Part shown: positions 16,044 to 24,156 of the stretch, one piece after another
How the letters are laid out: each line of letters begins with the position of its first letter
Numbering within the stretch: the stretch's first letter is position 1
NCBI GenBank assembly: GCA_035458965.1
Contig: DATHYU010000256.1
Location: 1 to 27,011, forward strand
Length of the DNA stretch: 27,011 nt
Reading direction: 5' to 3'
Origin: Acidimicrobiia bacterium
GTDB lineage: Bacteria; Actinomycetota; Acidimicrobiia; Spongiisociales; UBA11373
Position numbers and translations under genes: made by a program
Notes under the pieces: model-generated
The model's input: only the letters and a program-made list of their open reading frames with translations
Told to the model about the DNA's origin: nothing
Database searches by the model: none

Positions 16044-17480
16044 ATGGTCGACACCGTCGGGCTCTACATCGCCGGAGAGTGGACCGAAGGCACCGGCGAG
16101 GACGTCCACCACCTCCGCTCTCCTGCCACGGGCGAGCACATCGCCGACATCCCCGTGGCGTCGGCGGCGGACATCGATCGCGCCGTCGCCGCCGCCCGGG
16201 CCGCCCAGGACGAGTTCCGGCACTGGTCGGCCATCGAGCGGGCGGGCCTCAACCACCGCATCGCCGCCGAGATCGAGCCACTCATCCACGAGATCGCCCG
16301 TATCCAGACCCTCGAGCAGGGCAAGCCGTTCCACGCCGAATCGCTCGAGGACGTCGCGGAGGCCAACACCTACTTCACCGAGGCGGCGGAGGACGTGAAG
16401 CGCCTCGAAGGGGCGGTGATCCCCGCGAGCGACCGCAGCGTCCGCATGTTCACCTTCCACCGGCCGGTGGGCGTCTGGGCGGCCATCACCCCCTGGAACT
16501 TCCCCGTGACGATCCCCCTCGAGTACATCGGTCCCGGCCTCGCGACCGGAAACGCGGTGATCGCGAAGCCGCCCTTGCACACGTCGTGGGCGCTCCTGAA
16601 GCTCGCCGAGGCGTTCGACGCCGCCGGTGTGCCGAAGGGGCTCGTGTCGATCATCCCCGGCGGGGCCGCGATCGGTGAACGCCTCGTCACCCACTCCGGC
16701 ATCGACGCGATCGGGTTCACGGGCTCGTCGGAGACGGGCAGGCGGATCATCTCGATGATGGGGATCAAGCGGTCGATCATGGAGATGTCCGGCAACGGGC
16801 CGACGATCGTCACCGCGGACGGCAACGTGGCGGCCGCCGCCGAGGCCGCGGTGTACGGCACCTACTACAACGCCGGGCAGGTGTGCTGCGCCACCGAGCG
16901 CGTCATCGTGCACCGGGAGGTCCACGACGAGTTCGTCGAACGGTCCCTCGAGGCCGCGCAGGTCGTCCGCCTCGGCGATCCCTTCGACCCCGAGACCACG
17001 ATGGGCCCGCTGAACAACGAGGAGACGGCGGCCAAGATGGACCGCCACCTCGCCGACGCGCGCGACCGCGGCGTCGACGTCCTGGTCGGCGGCGGGCGGG
17101 CGCCCGGGTACCCCACCGACCTCTACTACGACTTCACGATCCTCGACGGCGTCCCCGAGGACTCGGCCGTGGCCAAGGAGGAGTCCTTCGGGCCGGTCAT
17201 GCCGATCCTCACGGTGGCAGGGGACGAGGAGGCCGTCGCGGTCGCGAACCGAAGCAACCTGGGCCTCCAGGCCGCCGTCTTCACCCGAAGCCTCGACACC
17301 GCGTTCTGGTACACCGACCGGCTGCGCACCGGCTCGGTGATCGTCAACGACTCGACCGACTTCTGGGAGACCTTCCAGCCCTTCGGAGGGGCGTCGGGGA
17401 CCGACACCGGATGGGGCCGGGGCAAGGTCCCCGAGTTCACCGACATCCAGACGATGGTCGTGAACCTCGAGAACACGTAG
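16044..17480 (+). CDS. NAD(P)-dependent aldehyde dehydrogenase (second, divergent paralogue)
   Basis: TPWNFP, FTGSSETG, MEMSGNGP (Glu), YNAGQVCC (Cys), EESFGPV, QPFGG; SD-like AAGGGGGAAGG. Confidence 0.88.
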   Translation: MVDTVGLYIAGEWTEGTGEDVHHLRSPATGEHIADIPVASAADIDRAVAAARAAQDEFRHWSAIERAGLNHRIAAEIEPLIHEIARIQTLEQGKPFHAESLEDVAEANTYFTEAAEDVKRLEGAVIPASDRSVRMFTFHRPVGVWAAITPWNFPVTIPLEYIGPGLATGNAVIAKPPLHTSWALLKLAEAFDAAGVPKGLVSIIPGGAAIGERLVTHSGIDAIGFTGSSETGRRIISMMGIKRSIMEMSGNGPTIVTADGNVAAAAEAAVYGTYYNAGQVCCATERVIVHREVHDEFVERSLEAAQVVRLGDPFDPETTMGPLNNEETAAKMDRHLADARDRGVDVLVGGGRAPGYPTDLYYDFTILDGVPEDSAVAKEESFGPVMPILTVAGDEEAVAVANRSNLGLQAAVFTRSLDTAFWYTDRLRTGSVIVNDSTDFWETFQPFGGASGTDTGWGRGKVPEFTDIQTMVVNLENT

Positions 17481-17532
17481 CCGGTCGCCCCGGCGAACCC
17501 GTCCGCGCTGCCAGGGCTCCTCGGGACGCGAG

Positions 17533-17548
17533 TAGGTTCGATCCCATG
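17533..17548 (+). promoter_or_regulatory. Putative leaderless promoter for the crotonase gene
   Basis: TAGGTT (17533-17538), 7 nt, ATG (17546); no SD. Confidence 0.55.
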
Positions 17549-18328
17549 GAGACCCTCACGCTCGACGTTCGCGACGGCGTCGCCTGGTGCACCCTCGACG
17601 GGCCCGCCCTCAACGCCCTCGACACCGCGATGTTCACGGCGCTGCTCGACACCGCCGAGGCCCTGCGCGAACGCAGCGACGTCCGCGTCGCCGTGATCAC
17701 CGGTGCCGGCCGGGCGTTCTGCTCGGGTCAGAACCTGAAGACCTTCACCGAGGAGGTGGACGTCTCGAATCCCAACGACGTCCGCCGCTACCTCCGCTTC
17801 GTGGGACGTGTCGTGATGGCCTGGATCCAACTCGACATCCCCACGATCGCCGCGGTCAACGGCCTCGCCGTCGGGGGAGGGGCGAACCTCGCCCTGATGT
17901 GCGACCTCGTCGTGATGCGCGAGGACGCCGTCATCAGCGAGATCTACGCCCGGCGGGGGTTCGTGCTCGACATGGGGGCGAGCTGGCTCCTCACCCGCCG
18001 CGTCGGGCTGACCCGCGCCGCCGAGCTCGCCCTGCTCGGCGAGACGATCACGGCCGACGAAGCCGAGCGCATCGGCCTGGTCAACCGCTCGGTCCCGATC
18101 GACGGATTCGACGGGTACGTCGAGGCCGTGGCATCGCGTCTCGCCGCATCACCGACCGCGGGCCTGGCGATGATCAAGTCCCAACTCCGCCACGCCCACC
18201 TGATGGACCTCGAGGCCGCCCTGGAACAGGAGGCCTACGCCATGTCGATGGCCTTCGCCACCGAGGACGTCTCCGAGGCGATGACCGCCTTCCGGGAGGG
18301 TCGCGAGCCGGAGTTCCGGGGCCGTTGA
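17546..18328 (+). CDS. Enoyl-CoA hydratase/isomerase (crotonase) family, PaaG-like subgroup
   Basis: ITGAGRAFCSG, IAAVNGLAVGGG, LALMCD, AEEA-like ADEAERIGLVN, AFREGREPEFRG. Start re-assigned to ATG 17546. Confidence 0.88.
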   Translation: METLTLDVRDGVAWCTLDGPALNALDTAMFTALLDTAEALRERSDVRVAVITGAGRAFCSGQNLKTFTEEVDVSNPNDVRRYLRFVGRVVMAWIQLDIPTIAAVNGLAVGGGANLALMCDLVVMREDAVISEIYARRGFVLDMGASWLLTRRVGLTRAAELALLGETITADEAERIGLVNRSVPIDGFDGYVEAVASRLAASPTAGLAMIKSQLRHAHLMDLEAALEQEAYAMSMAFATEDVSEAMTAFREGREPEFRGR

Positions 18329-18446
18329 CTCCCCCGTAGCCGGCTCCCCGGACGCCAGGCGCCCCTGGCACCGTCCCCTCCGCCACAGCATCGGATCGAG
18401 GATCCAAGGGGGTCGGTTGGGATCCGCGCCGGCATCGGTGAAGGCG

Positions 18447-18462
18447 TAGTGTCCAATGCATG
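18447..18462 (+). promoter_or_regulatory. Putative leaderless promoter for the lipoprotein gene
   Basis: TAGTGT (18447-18452), 7 nt, ATG (18460); no SD. Confidence 0.55.
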
Positions 18463-20064
18463 GGGCGCCCTGCGGCAACCCTCGCCCTCGCCATCGCCCT
18501 CTTGACGGCCGGATGCGTCGGAGCGTCGACCGAGACGACGCCGCCGATCGCCGGCTCGACCTCGACGACGAGCACGACCTCGACCACCATTGCTCCGACC
18601 ACGACGACGACCTCGCCGGCCCAGACCGTCGGCGACGAGATCCTGACCCTGCAGATCCCGCCGGGACACCCCGGGATCACGGTCACGAAGGGGGACGCGT
18701 CGGTCGACCGGGGCGGCGTCGACGTCGTCGCCGCGTGGGATCTGGACCCGGCGGGAACGGGGTTCGAGCCTCCGATCACCGCCACCGTCGCGCTCGACGG
18801 CTTCGACGGGCTCGACCTGCTCTGGCTCGCCGTCGCAGGCGGCGGATCGTGGTCGATCGCCCCGGACATCGAGGTCGCCGAGACGCCGAACGGGGCACTG
18901 GTCACGACCGAGCTCCCCCAGACCGGCCGGACGGCTCTCGTGCGCGGGCCCTCGTTGGCAGCGTGGCCACCGGACCTCGGTGAGGTCGGCGTGGGGACGG
19001 AAGCGGACTTCGACGTGGTGACCACCAGCGGGAGGTCGACGTACGGCTTCGTCACCGCGATCGACGTCGATCTCGAGGTCTTCGGCCCGGCGACCCTCGT
19101 CTCGACCTCGCGTGACGGGACGATGCCCGCCACTCTCACGCTGCGCTGCGACGACATCGGAGCCGTGCACACCCACATGTCCATCGACGTGACCGGCGGG
19201 TCCTCGAACGGAACGTGGGCCGACGCCCTCGGGGGGTGGTTCGGCGGACTGCAAACCGGATTGGGCGGTCTGCCGGTCGACCCGCCCGCTTCGTGGCGCA
19301 TCACCGCCGAAGGCCCCGGCCCGACGGTCGACTGCATCTACGTGTGGACGATCCTCGACGACATCGACGGTCCAATGGCATCGGTCTCCGACCGGATCGA
19401 TGTCCCGGTGCCGGAGGGAGTGCTCTGCGAGACCCTGACCAACGTCGGGGTCGAGCCCTCCGACTGCTCGGCGGACACGACCGTCACGGGGATCACCCGG
19501 CTCGCGGGGACCTGCGGAGCCGCGAGCGTCCCCTGCACCGATCTCGTCGTGGAGACCGCATCCGGCCGCCGGCCGGGCCCCGACGGCCCATGGCAGGAGC
19601 TCCAGGTCGAGATCGTCCACGCCGACGGGCTCACCACGGTCTGCTGGGATCGGTTCCTCCAGGGCCGACGATCGGTGGGATGCCAGACCCTCGGCCCGCG
19701 CGACGCCGAGGTGCCGTCGGCGGTGCTTCCCGTTCCGGGCGACGGCTGGCTCGGGCTCATCGACTGCGAGGTCGCCGGCAACGGGCTCGAGGTCGTGGAG
19801 GCGATCGCCGCGACCTACGGGCTCCCGGGAACGGCCGGGACCGCCGACCACCTGCGATCGGCCTACCTCTCCGCCGAGGGGTGCGCCCCGCCGGCGCCGC
19901 CTGCCTCGATCTCCCTCTGGGCCTTCTTCGCGGAGGAGGCCGGGGGCAGGAGTGTGCGGGTCGATCTCACCGACGAGCTCGAGAACGGGCTGCTCGAGCA
20001 CCTCACCGGCCGGGGGATATGGGTGGTCGAGCTCCAGGAGACGGGATTCTCCGCGGAGGAGTAG
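18460..20064 (+). CDS. Hypothetical secreted lipoprotein (Thr-rich linker, ZU5-like domain, Cys-rich C-terminal half)
   Basis: Signal peptide ending LLTAGC (lipobox), Ser/Thr-rich linker at aa ~23-53, codon usage consistent with coding, fills the gap between the crotonase and the pirin. Confidence 0.75.
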   Translation: MGRPAATLALAIALLTAGCVGASTETTPPIAGSTSTTSTTSTTIAPTTTTTSPAQTVGDEILTLQIPPGHPGITVTKGDASVDRGGVDVVAAWDLDPAGTGFEPPITATVALDGFDGLDLLWLAVAGGGSWSIAPDIEVAETPNGALVTTELPQTGRTALVRGPSLAAWPPDLGEVGVGTEADFDVVTTSGRSTYGFVTAIDVDLEVFGPATLVSTSRDGTMPATLTLRCDDIGAVHTHMSIDVTGGSSNGTWADALGGWFGGLQTGLGGLPVDPPASWRITAEGPGPTVDCIYVWTILDDIDGPMASVSDRIDVPVPEGVLCETLTNVGVEPSDCSADTTVTGITRLAGTCGAASVPCTDLVVETASGRRPGPDGPWQELQVEIVHADGLTTVCWDRFLQGRRSVGCQTLGPRDAEVPSAVLPVPGDGWLGLIDCEVAGNGLEVVEAIAATYGLPGTAGTADHLRSAYLSAEGCAPPAPPASISLWAFFAEEAGGRSVRVDLTDELENGLLEHLTGRGIWVVELQETGFSAEE

Positions 20065-20077
20065 CCGGGGCGCCCGC

Positions 20078-20096
20078 TAGTTGCAGAATGCAACTA
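20078..20096. promoter_or_regulatory. Palindromic operator upstream of pirin
   Basis: Perfect 8-bp inverted repeat TAGTTGCA-gaa-TGCAACTA, AT-rich for this genome, overlapping a -10-like TACAGT (20095-20100), 33 nt before the pirin ATG. Confidence 0.7.
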
Positions 20097-20129
20097 CAGT
20101 CGGTACTGCCGAATCCAAGGAGCACCGCC

Positions 20130-21083
20130 ATGCCGGCCATCACCGTCGACGACCTGCTCGTCCTTCCCTCCGTCGACGAGCCCGTCGAAGCCCGCGACCG
20201 GACCGTGAAGTCGATCACCACGGCGCCGCGGGGGTACGAGGGCGAGGGGTTCCCGGTACGGCGCGCCTTTGCCGGCGTCGATCTCGCCGACCTCGACCCC
20301 TTCGTCCACCTCGACCAGATGGGCGAGGTCGAGTACGCGCCCGGCGAGCCCAAGGGCACGCCGTGGCACCCCCATCGAGGCTTCGAGACCGTCACCTACA
20401 TGATCGACGGCGTCATGGATCACCAGGACTCCAACGGTGGCGGCGGCACGATCACCAACGGCGACACCCAATGGATGACCGCCGGGTCGGGCATCCTGCA
20501 CATCGAGACCCCGCCCGAGTGGCTGGTCGTGAAGGGCGGGCTCTTCCATGGCTTCCAGCTGTGGGTGAACCTCCCGCGCAAGGACAAGTTCCTCGCCCCG
20601 AAGTACCAGGACCTGCGCGGATCCGACGTCGCCCTTCTCCGCTCCCCCGACGGTGCGACCCTGCTTCGCCTGATCGCCGGTGACCTCGCCGGCCACCAGG
20701 GCCCCGGCGCCACCCACACGCCCATGACGATGGTCCACGCCACGATGCACCCGGGGTCGCGGGTCCGCCTGCCGTGGCGCCCGGACTTCAACGCCCTCGT
20801 CTACGTCCTCAACGGACGGGTCCGATTCGGCCCCGAGCGTCGCGAGGCAGGGCTCGGACAACTCGCCGTGTTCGGGCCCGGCGACGCCATCGTCGCCGAG
20901 GCCGACGCGTCCCAGGAGAGCCGCAGCCCCGACGTCGACCTGCTCGTCCTCGGCGGGCTTCCCATCCAGGAGCCCGTGGCGTGGGCCGGCCCCTTCGTCA
21001 TGAACACCAAGGCCGAATTGGTGCAGGCGTACGAGGACTTCCAGGCCGGGCGCCTCGGATCGATCCCGGCCGCCCGCAACTGA
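20130..21083 (+). CDS. Pirin family protein (bicupin, Fe-binding)
   Basis: EGEGFPVRR, DPFVHLD, WHPHRGFETVTY, HQDS, QWMTAGSGILHIE, QLWVNLP, GPFVMNT. ATG 20130 behind AAGGAG. Confidence 0.93.
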   Translation: MPAITVDDLLVLPSVDEPVEARDRTVKSITTAPRGYEGEGFPVRRAFAGVDLADLDPFVHLDQMGEVEYAPGEPKGTPWHPHRGFETVTYMIDGVMDHQDSNGGGGTITNGDTQWMTAGSGILHIETPPEWLVVKGGLFHGFQLWVNLPRKDKFLAPKYQDLRGSDVALLRSPDGATLLRLIAGDLAGHQGPGATHTPMTMVHATMHPGSRVRLPWRPDFNALVYVLNGRVRFGPERREAGLGQLAVFGPGDAIVAEADASQESRSPDVDLLVLGGLPIQEPVAWAGPFVMNTKAELVQAYEDFQAGRLGSIPAARN

Positions 21084-21222
21084 CGGCGCCGGGCCATCCG
21101 CCGGCAGCGATCGACCGCGGCCCAGACGGCGAGCGAGGCGAGGGTGACGTCGACCCCGCAGTCCGGGCCCGACGACGCCTGCTCCGACAGCGGGGCATCA
21201 CAGCGAGGGCACGAACGCACGG

Positions 21223-21246
21223 TGCTGTCAGCGGTCTGCTGTCAGC
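21223..21246. repeat. Tandem 10-bp direct repeat TGCTGTCAGC x2
   Basis: Copies at 21223-21232 and 21237-21246. Confidence 0.6.
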
Positions 21247-21247
21247 C

Positions 21248-21267
21248 CACCGATCCACGGATCGGTG
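21248..21267 (-). terminator. Hairpin immediately after the stop of the 117-aa ORF
   Basis: CACCGATCC-ac-GGATCGGTG perfect 9-bp inverted repeat abutting the TGA at 21270-21268. Confidence 0.5.
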
Positions 21268-21621
21268 TCACACCGCCTCTTCGTCGAGGAGCTCTGCGTC
21301 CTGGTGGTCGAAGACCCGGGGATATTCGCCGGTCGGGGTGTCCCCGGGGACCAGTTTGAAGCCGGGATCGAGCTTTGGGGGCACTGCGTCGCGCCGGACC
21401 TCGAGGAACACGCAGTCCGGGTAGCGGAGGTCCTCGTACACCTCGACGACGAGATCGGCGGGGAGGAGCTCGGCGACCTTGAGCATCTCCTTGCGGGCGT
21501 GGGCGTTCCGGCCGACGAAACGGACGAACCCGGTCGCGTCGACCCTATCGGTCAGATGGGCGGCGACCTCTCGCCGCCACAGTCTCCTCGATCGCTTTTC
21601 ACGGAACAGCGGCACGCTCAC
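21268..21621 (-). CDS. Hypothetical protein (117 aa)
   Basis: Fills an otherwise empty interval, has protein-like (non-shadow) composition, an upstream -10-like TATAGT (minus strand 21649-21644) and a downstream hairpin. No family recognised. Confidence 0.6.
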   Translation of the reverse strand: MSVPLFREKRSRRLWRREVAAHLTDRVDATGFVRFVGRNAHARKEMLKVAELLPADLVVEVYEDLRYPDCVFLEVRRDAVPPKLDPGFKLVPGDTPTGEYPRVFDHQDAELLDEEAV

Positions 21622-21714
21622 CCCGCCGAATCACACGGCTGTAACTATAGGACGTCGTCGAGTTCGCTTCACGGCATTGTGGTACCAGGTCTTCGCGCTC
21701 TCGAGATTCGCCCA

Positions 21715-22887
21715 TCACCGGGGCACCTCGGACCACGGCAGGTCCTTGTCGACCCGCGGCTCCCCGGGGAGGCCGAGCACACGCTCGCCGAGGATGTTCT
21801 TCATGATCTCCGACGTCCCGCCCTCGATCGAGTTCGCCCGGGCACGCAGGAAGGCCTTGCGGAGGTCGGTGATCGAGGCGAACTCCTCGGGACGCACCAA
21901 GTCGTAGGACTCGTAGAGCATCGCCTCGGGGCCCATGAGGTCGGTCGCCACCTCGTAGATCTTCTTGTTGAGCTCCGCGTAGACGAGTTTCGCCGTCGAG
22001 CCCTCCGGTCCCGGCGTGCCCCGGTGACGGTTCGAGGCGGCACGCAGGTTCGTCAGCCGGGCCGCCTCGAACTCGACCCACAGGCGGGCGACCTCGTCGC
22101 GCGCCGACTCGTCCCCACCGCGGGTTCGCCAGACCTCCAGGAGGTCACCGATCGTCCCGGCGTTGCGGGGCTGCACGGTCGCCCCGATCGCGACCCGCTC
22201 GTTCATCAGCGTGGCGAGGGTGACCCGCCACCCGTCCCCCACCTCGCCGACGCGGTACGCGTCGGGGATCCGCACGTCGTTGAAATAGACCTCGTTGAAC
22301 TCCGCCTCACCCGTGATCTGGCGGAGCGGCCGAACCTCGACACCCTCGGCCTCCATGTCGACGATGAAATAGGTCATCCCCCGGTGCTTGGGCACGTCGG
22401 GGTCCGTCCGCGTGACGATCATGCCCCACTTCGAGACGTGGGCGATCGTCGTCCAGACCTTCTGACCGTTGACCACCCACTCGTCGCCGTCGCGGACGGC
22501 TCGTGCGCCCAGCGCCGCGACGTCGGATCCCGCCCCGGGCTCGGAGAAGAGCTGGCACCAGATCTCCTCCCCCGTGTACATCGGCCGCAGCCAGCGTTGC
22601 TGCTGCTCCGGGGTGCCGTGGGCGAGCAGGACCGGGGCACCCATGCCGATGCCGAGGATGTTGTACTTGATGGCCGAGGGTGCTCCGGCGGCCAAGAGCC
22701 GCTCGTCGACGACCCGCTGCAGGCCGCGGGACACCTCGAGGCCGCCCAGGCCCTGCGGGAACCACACGAAGGCGAGGCCGAGGTCGAACTGGGCACCGAG
22801 GAAGGCAAACCGGTCGGACGGGTCATGATCCGAGAGCAGGATGTCGAGCTGCGTCTCGACGAGCTCCCGATCGGTCGTGGTCGTCAT
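21715..22887 (-). CDS. Acyl-CoA dehydrogenase (actinobacterial FadE type)
   Basis: WCQLFSEPGAGSD, VNGQKVWTT, EFNEVYFNDV, TLMNER, SIEGGTSEIMKNILGERVLGLP; SD GAGGAG. Confidence 0.93.
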   Translation of the reverse strand: MTTTTDRELVETQLDILLSDHDPSDRFAFLGAQFDLGLAFVWFPQGLGGLEVSRGLQRVVDERLLAAGAPSAIKYNILGIGMGAPVLLAHGTPEQQQRWLRPMYTGEEIWCQLFSEPGAGSDVAALGARAVRDGDEWVVNGQKVWTTIAHVSKWGMIVTRTDPDVPKHRGMTYFIVDMEAEGVEVRPLRQITGEAEFNEVYFNDVRIPDAYRVGEVGDGWRVTLATLMNERVAIGATVQPRNAGTIGDLLEVWRTRGGDESARDEVARLWVEFEAARLTNLRAASNRHRGTPGPEGSTAKLVYAELNKKIYEVATDLMGPEAMLYESYDLVRPEEFASITDLRKAFLRARANSIEGGTSEIMKNILGERVLGLPGEPRVDKDLPWSEVPR

Positions 22888-22910
22888 GAGTCTCCTCTGC
22901 CCCTACGGGG

Positions 22911-24155
22911 TCAGGCTACCCCCTGCCCAGGCGCGCCGAGATCCGCCGCGACGGCCTCCGCCGCCCGCCGGCCGGACCGCAGCGCCCCGTTGATCGACGC
23001 GCTCGTCCGATGGTCGCCGGCGACGTACACACCGTCCCGCAGTCGCGCCGGCCGCGCCCCCGGGAACGGCGGGCGCTGGTCGGGCTGGGCATGGTGGATG
23101 CGGTACTCCCCGACGAGCTCCCACTCGTCCACTCGCAGCCCGAACCACCGCCGCAACTCCTCTCTGGCGAGCGAGACGGCGCCACCGCCGGTCCCGAGGG
23201 CCTGCACGGCCACGAGCGCCCGGCCGCCCGGCGCGTACTCGGGCGCCACGTTGCTCATCACCGCGACGTTGTTCATCGGTCCCTTGTTCTCCCCGTCCAG
23301 CATGAGCACCGGGTCGGCGATCGGCGCCTCGTCGGCAGCGAAGTAGAGGCCGGTGACGCCCCGCGACGCGGGCTCGTCGATACCGGTCAGCGCGGCCGCC
23401 GCCGGACCTTCCGTGGCGACCACCACCGCTCGGGCCGTGACCTCCGGCCCGCCGGCCACGCCGACGTGCCCACCGTCCACCCGCTCGACGGTGGCGCCGA
23501 GCCGAACCGTTCCGTCGGGAAGACCGTCGGCGAGCTGCTGCGGGATCGCGCCCATGCCGGCGGCAGGCACCGCGGCATCACCGGACGACAGCATGGCGAA
23601 GACGAACCGGAAGACCTTGGCCGAGGTGTCGAGGCTGCGATCGAGGGTGATCCCGGCGAAGAGAGGCCGGAAGAACCGGTCGATCATGCGATCCGAGAAG
23701 TGCAGTTCTCGGAGCGCTTCGATCGTCGTGCGGTCGTCGTCGGCCTCGATCAACTCCGACGGCTCGGCCTTCCTCAGGGCAGATCGCAGGCGGGCCACCC
23801 GAAGCTTGTCGAACGGTGATCCCACGGGTGCCCGGAGCGTCGACCAGAGCGCCCCCGGCTTGCGGAACGGGTCGGCCACCCGATGGAGGCGCCCGTCGTA
23901 CCAGATGAGGGCTCCTGGCTCGAAGGGCCGCAGATCGAGGGCTTCGTGGTCGAGCGCCGCCCGGCCCTCCGGATAGGCCGTCAGATAGACCTGGAACCCC
24001 CGGTCCATCTGGAAGCCGTCGACCCGATCGGTCCGAACCCGGCCGCCGACGCCGTCGGACGCCTCCAGGACCGACACCTCGAAGCCGCGCCGGTTGAGCT
24101 CACGGGCGCACGAGAGGCCGGCCAGGCCGGCTCCGACGACCACGACATCGGGCAC
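22911..24155 (-). CDS. NAD(P)/FAD-dependent oxidoreductase, amine oxidase / protoporphyrinogen oxidase-like fold
   Basis: [53 protein letters not shown]. Start re-assigned to GTG 24155, 1 nt after the upstream stop. Confidence 0.85.
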   Translation of the reverse strand: MPDVVVVGAGLAGLSCARELNRRGFEVSVLEASDGVGGRVRTDRVDGFQMDRGFQVYLTAYPEGRAALDHEALDLRPFEPGALIWYDGRLHRVADPFRKPGALWSTLRAPVGSPFDKLRVARLRSALRKAEPSELIEADDDRTTIEALRELHFSDRMIDRFFRPLFAGITLDRSLDTSAKVFRFVFAMLSSGDAAVPAAGMGAIPQQLADGLPDGTVRLGATVERVDGGHVGVAGGPEVTARAVVVATEGPAAAALTGIDEPASRGVTGLYFAADEAPIADPVLMLDGENKGPMNNVAVMSNVAPEYAPGGRALVAVQALGTGGGAVSLAREELRRWFGLRVDEWELVGEYRIHHAQPDQRPPFPGARPARLRDGVYVAGDHRTSASINGALRSGRRAAEAVAADLGAPGQGVA

Positions 24156-24156
24156 G

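Noticed and set aside
18354-18369. GCCAGG-cgcc-CCTGGC hairpin as a terminator
   Set aside because: Only 6 bp with no U-tract; common by chance at this GC.
18526-18618. ACG/TCG trinucleotide runs as a repeat array
   Set aside because: Simply the codons of the Thr/Ser-rich linker.
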